DNA from: Rotaria socialis
Taxonomy: Eukaryota
Assembly (NCBI GenBank): GCA_905331295.1
Contig: CAJNYD010000051.1
Coordinates: forward strand, 1-64,000
Reading direction: 5' to 3'
DNA length: 64,000 nucleotides
This document shows, piece by piece, positions 63,101 to 64,000 of this stretch (position 1 is the stretch's first letter; each line of letters opens with the position of its first letter). The notes beneath the pieces are model-generated. The model ran no database searches. It saw only the letters and a list, made by a program, of their open reading frames with translations, and was not told the origin of the DNA. A program made the position numbers and the translations under genes.

Positions 63101-63681
63101 AATTTAAAAAATATTAACTGAAACTGTTTTAGGGTAGAATATATTATACATACATAAAAAAAAACGTTTTGGCATGAAAGGACGTCTTCAATGATCTATT
63201 CATCTGTTTTTTATTTAAGAATATGAAATGTTTAATCATACATACTCATTCTCATAATACTTCAAAGATAAAAACAATTAAAGTTGATTTTCTTACCAAT
63301 AAAAAGACGTATAGCTACATCCTCGGTAATGTTGTATATACCGAGACCACATAAATTCGAATATTCAGTAGCAAGAAGAATTCGTTCCATCGATGATGAT
63401 TCAATATCAAGCCATTTGATTTTAAGACAAATTTGAGATAAGATTTGTAAACAAAATCGATCAAGTATTGTATCAGGTAATGGACAGATAAAACAGTTTG
63501 ATAGACATTTCAGTAATGTCAAAGAACTAGTAAAGATTGAATCATGTAAAATTTTATCGAATCGTGTGTTGATGCCCCATAAAGAATAGAGTACATCGAT
63601 ATTCTCCAATTTCTTAAAAATGATCATAAGCATTTCATCAGGTAAATCGAACAATTGAACCCATGAATGTTCCATGTTCAT
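60176..63681 (-). CDS. F-box domain / LRR-like protein; exons 63681..63297, 61514..61153, 61027..60176 (about 532 aa)
   Basis: LFDLPDEMLMIIFKKL...VLYSL F-box; CLYLLDGRF, FIDGNDLK, CHAYSYPY, DEHPFEYEFF motifs. Two GT-AG introns give an open frame. Confidence 0.87.
61816..62607 (+). mobile_element. Internally deleted piggyBac element in F-box intron 1
   Basis: TTAA flanks (61812-61815, 62608-62611), imperfect TIR (C/T)ACATTC, remnant C-terminal Cys-rich domain RRRCA...KTFCSNCDK..CLDCFDEKH at about 62320-62465. Confidence 0.7.
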
Positions 63682-64000
63682 ATTCGAATGTCAATTTTCT
63701 TTCTTAGTACACTTCTTTGCCTGATTCCGGCCTTATATGTATATAGATACGGTCATTTGTTCACATTGACCTGTTCCGTCAATAAAATGATCGCGTAATT
63801 TTTTTTTCAGTCGAAGTCGACAATGACGCAACCGATGACTTTTTTTCTCCTTCATTTACTCTAGTCTATGTACACATCCAGATGAGTCATCGAATCAATG
63901 TCGAAATACACTTTCTCGTTTTTATGAGGAGTCAGAAGATAAAAATACGATGGAAATACTTTAAAATAAATTCTCTTTTAAACTGCGTTTTTATTTTTTC

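Overview
AT-rich eukaryotic genomic DNA with short GT-AG introns, most consistent with a bdelloid rotifer. This is inferred from the gene families (intronless receiver-ART-TPR gene, NHL-repeat, F-box, bacterial-type glycosidase) and from TGTGGG/TGAGGG telomere-type repeats. The left end (1-5534) is the 3' part of an intron-containing Athena/Terminon-like Penelope retroelement with no endonuclease in the visible part. It is followed by an array of type I hammerhead ribozymes, each trailed by C-strand telomeric repeats; a hAT transposon interrupts the array. This suggests a subtelomeric locus with the chromosome end to the left. The rest mixes host genes and pseudogenes with many DNA transposons. 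Host genes: alpha-carbonic anhydrase, 2OG-Fe(II) oxygenase, fatty acid hydroxylase, PPxY membrane protein, Cys-rich protein, coiled-coil protein, ART-TPR, F-box. Pseudogenes: GPCR, NHL, TPR, GHL10/DUF187 glycosidase. Transposons: three hATs, an intact Ginger, MULE and piggyBac derivatives, and several MITEs. All calls were made by eye; no searches were run.
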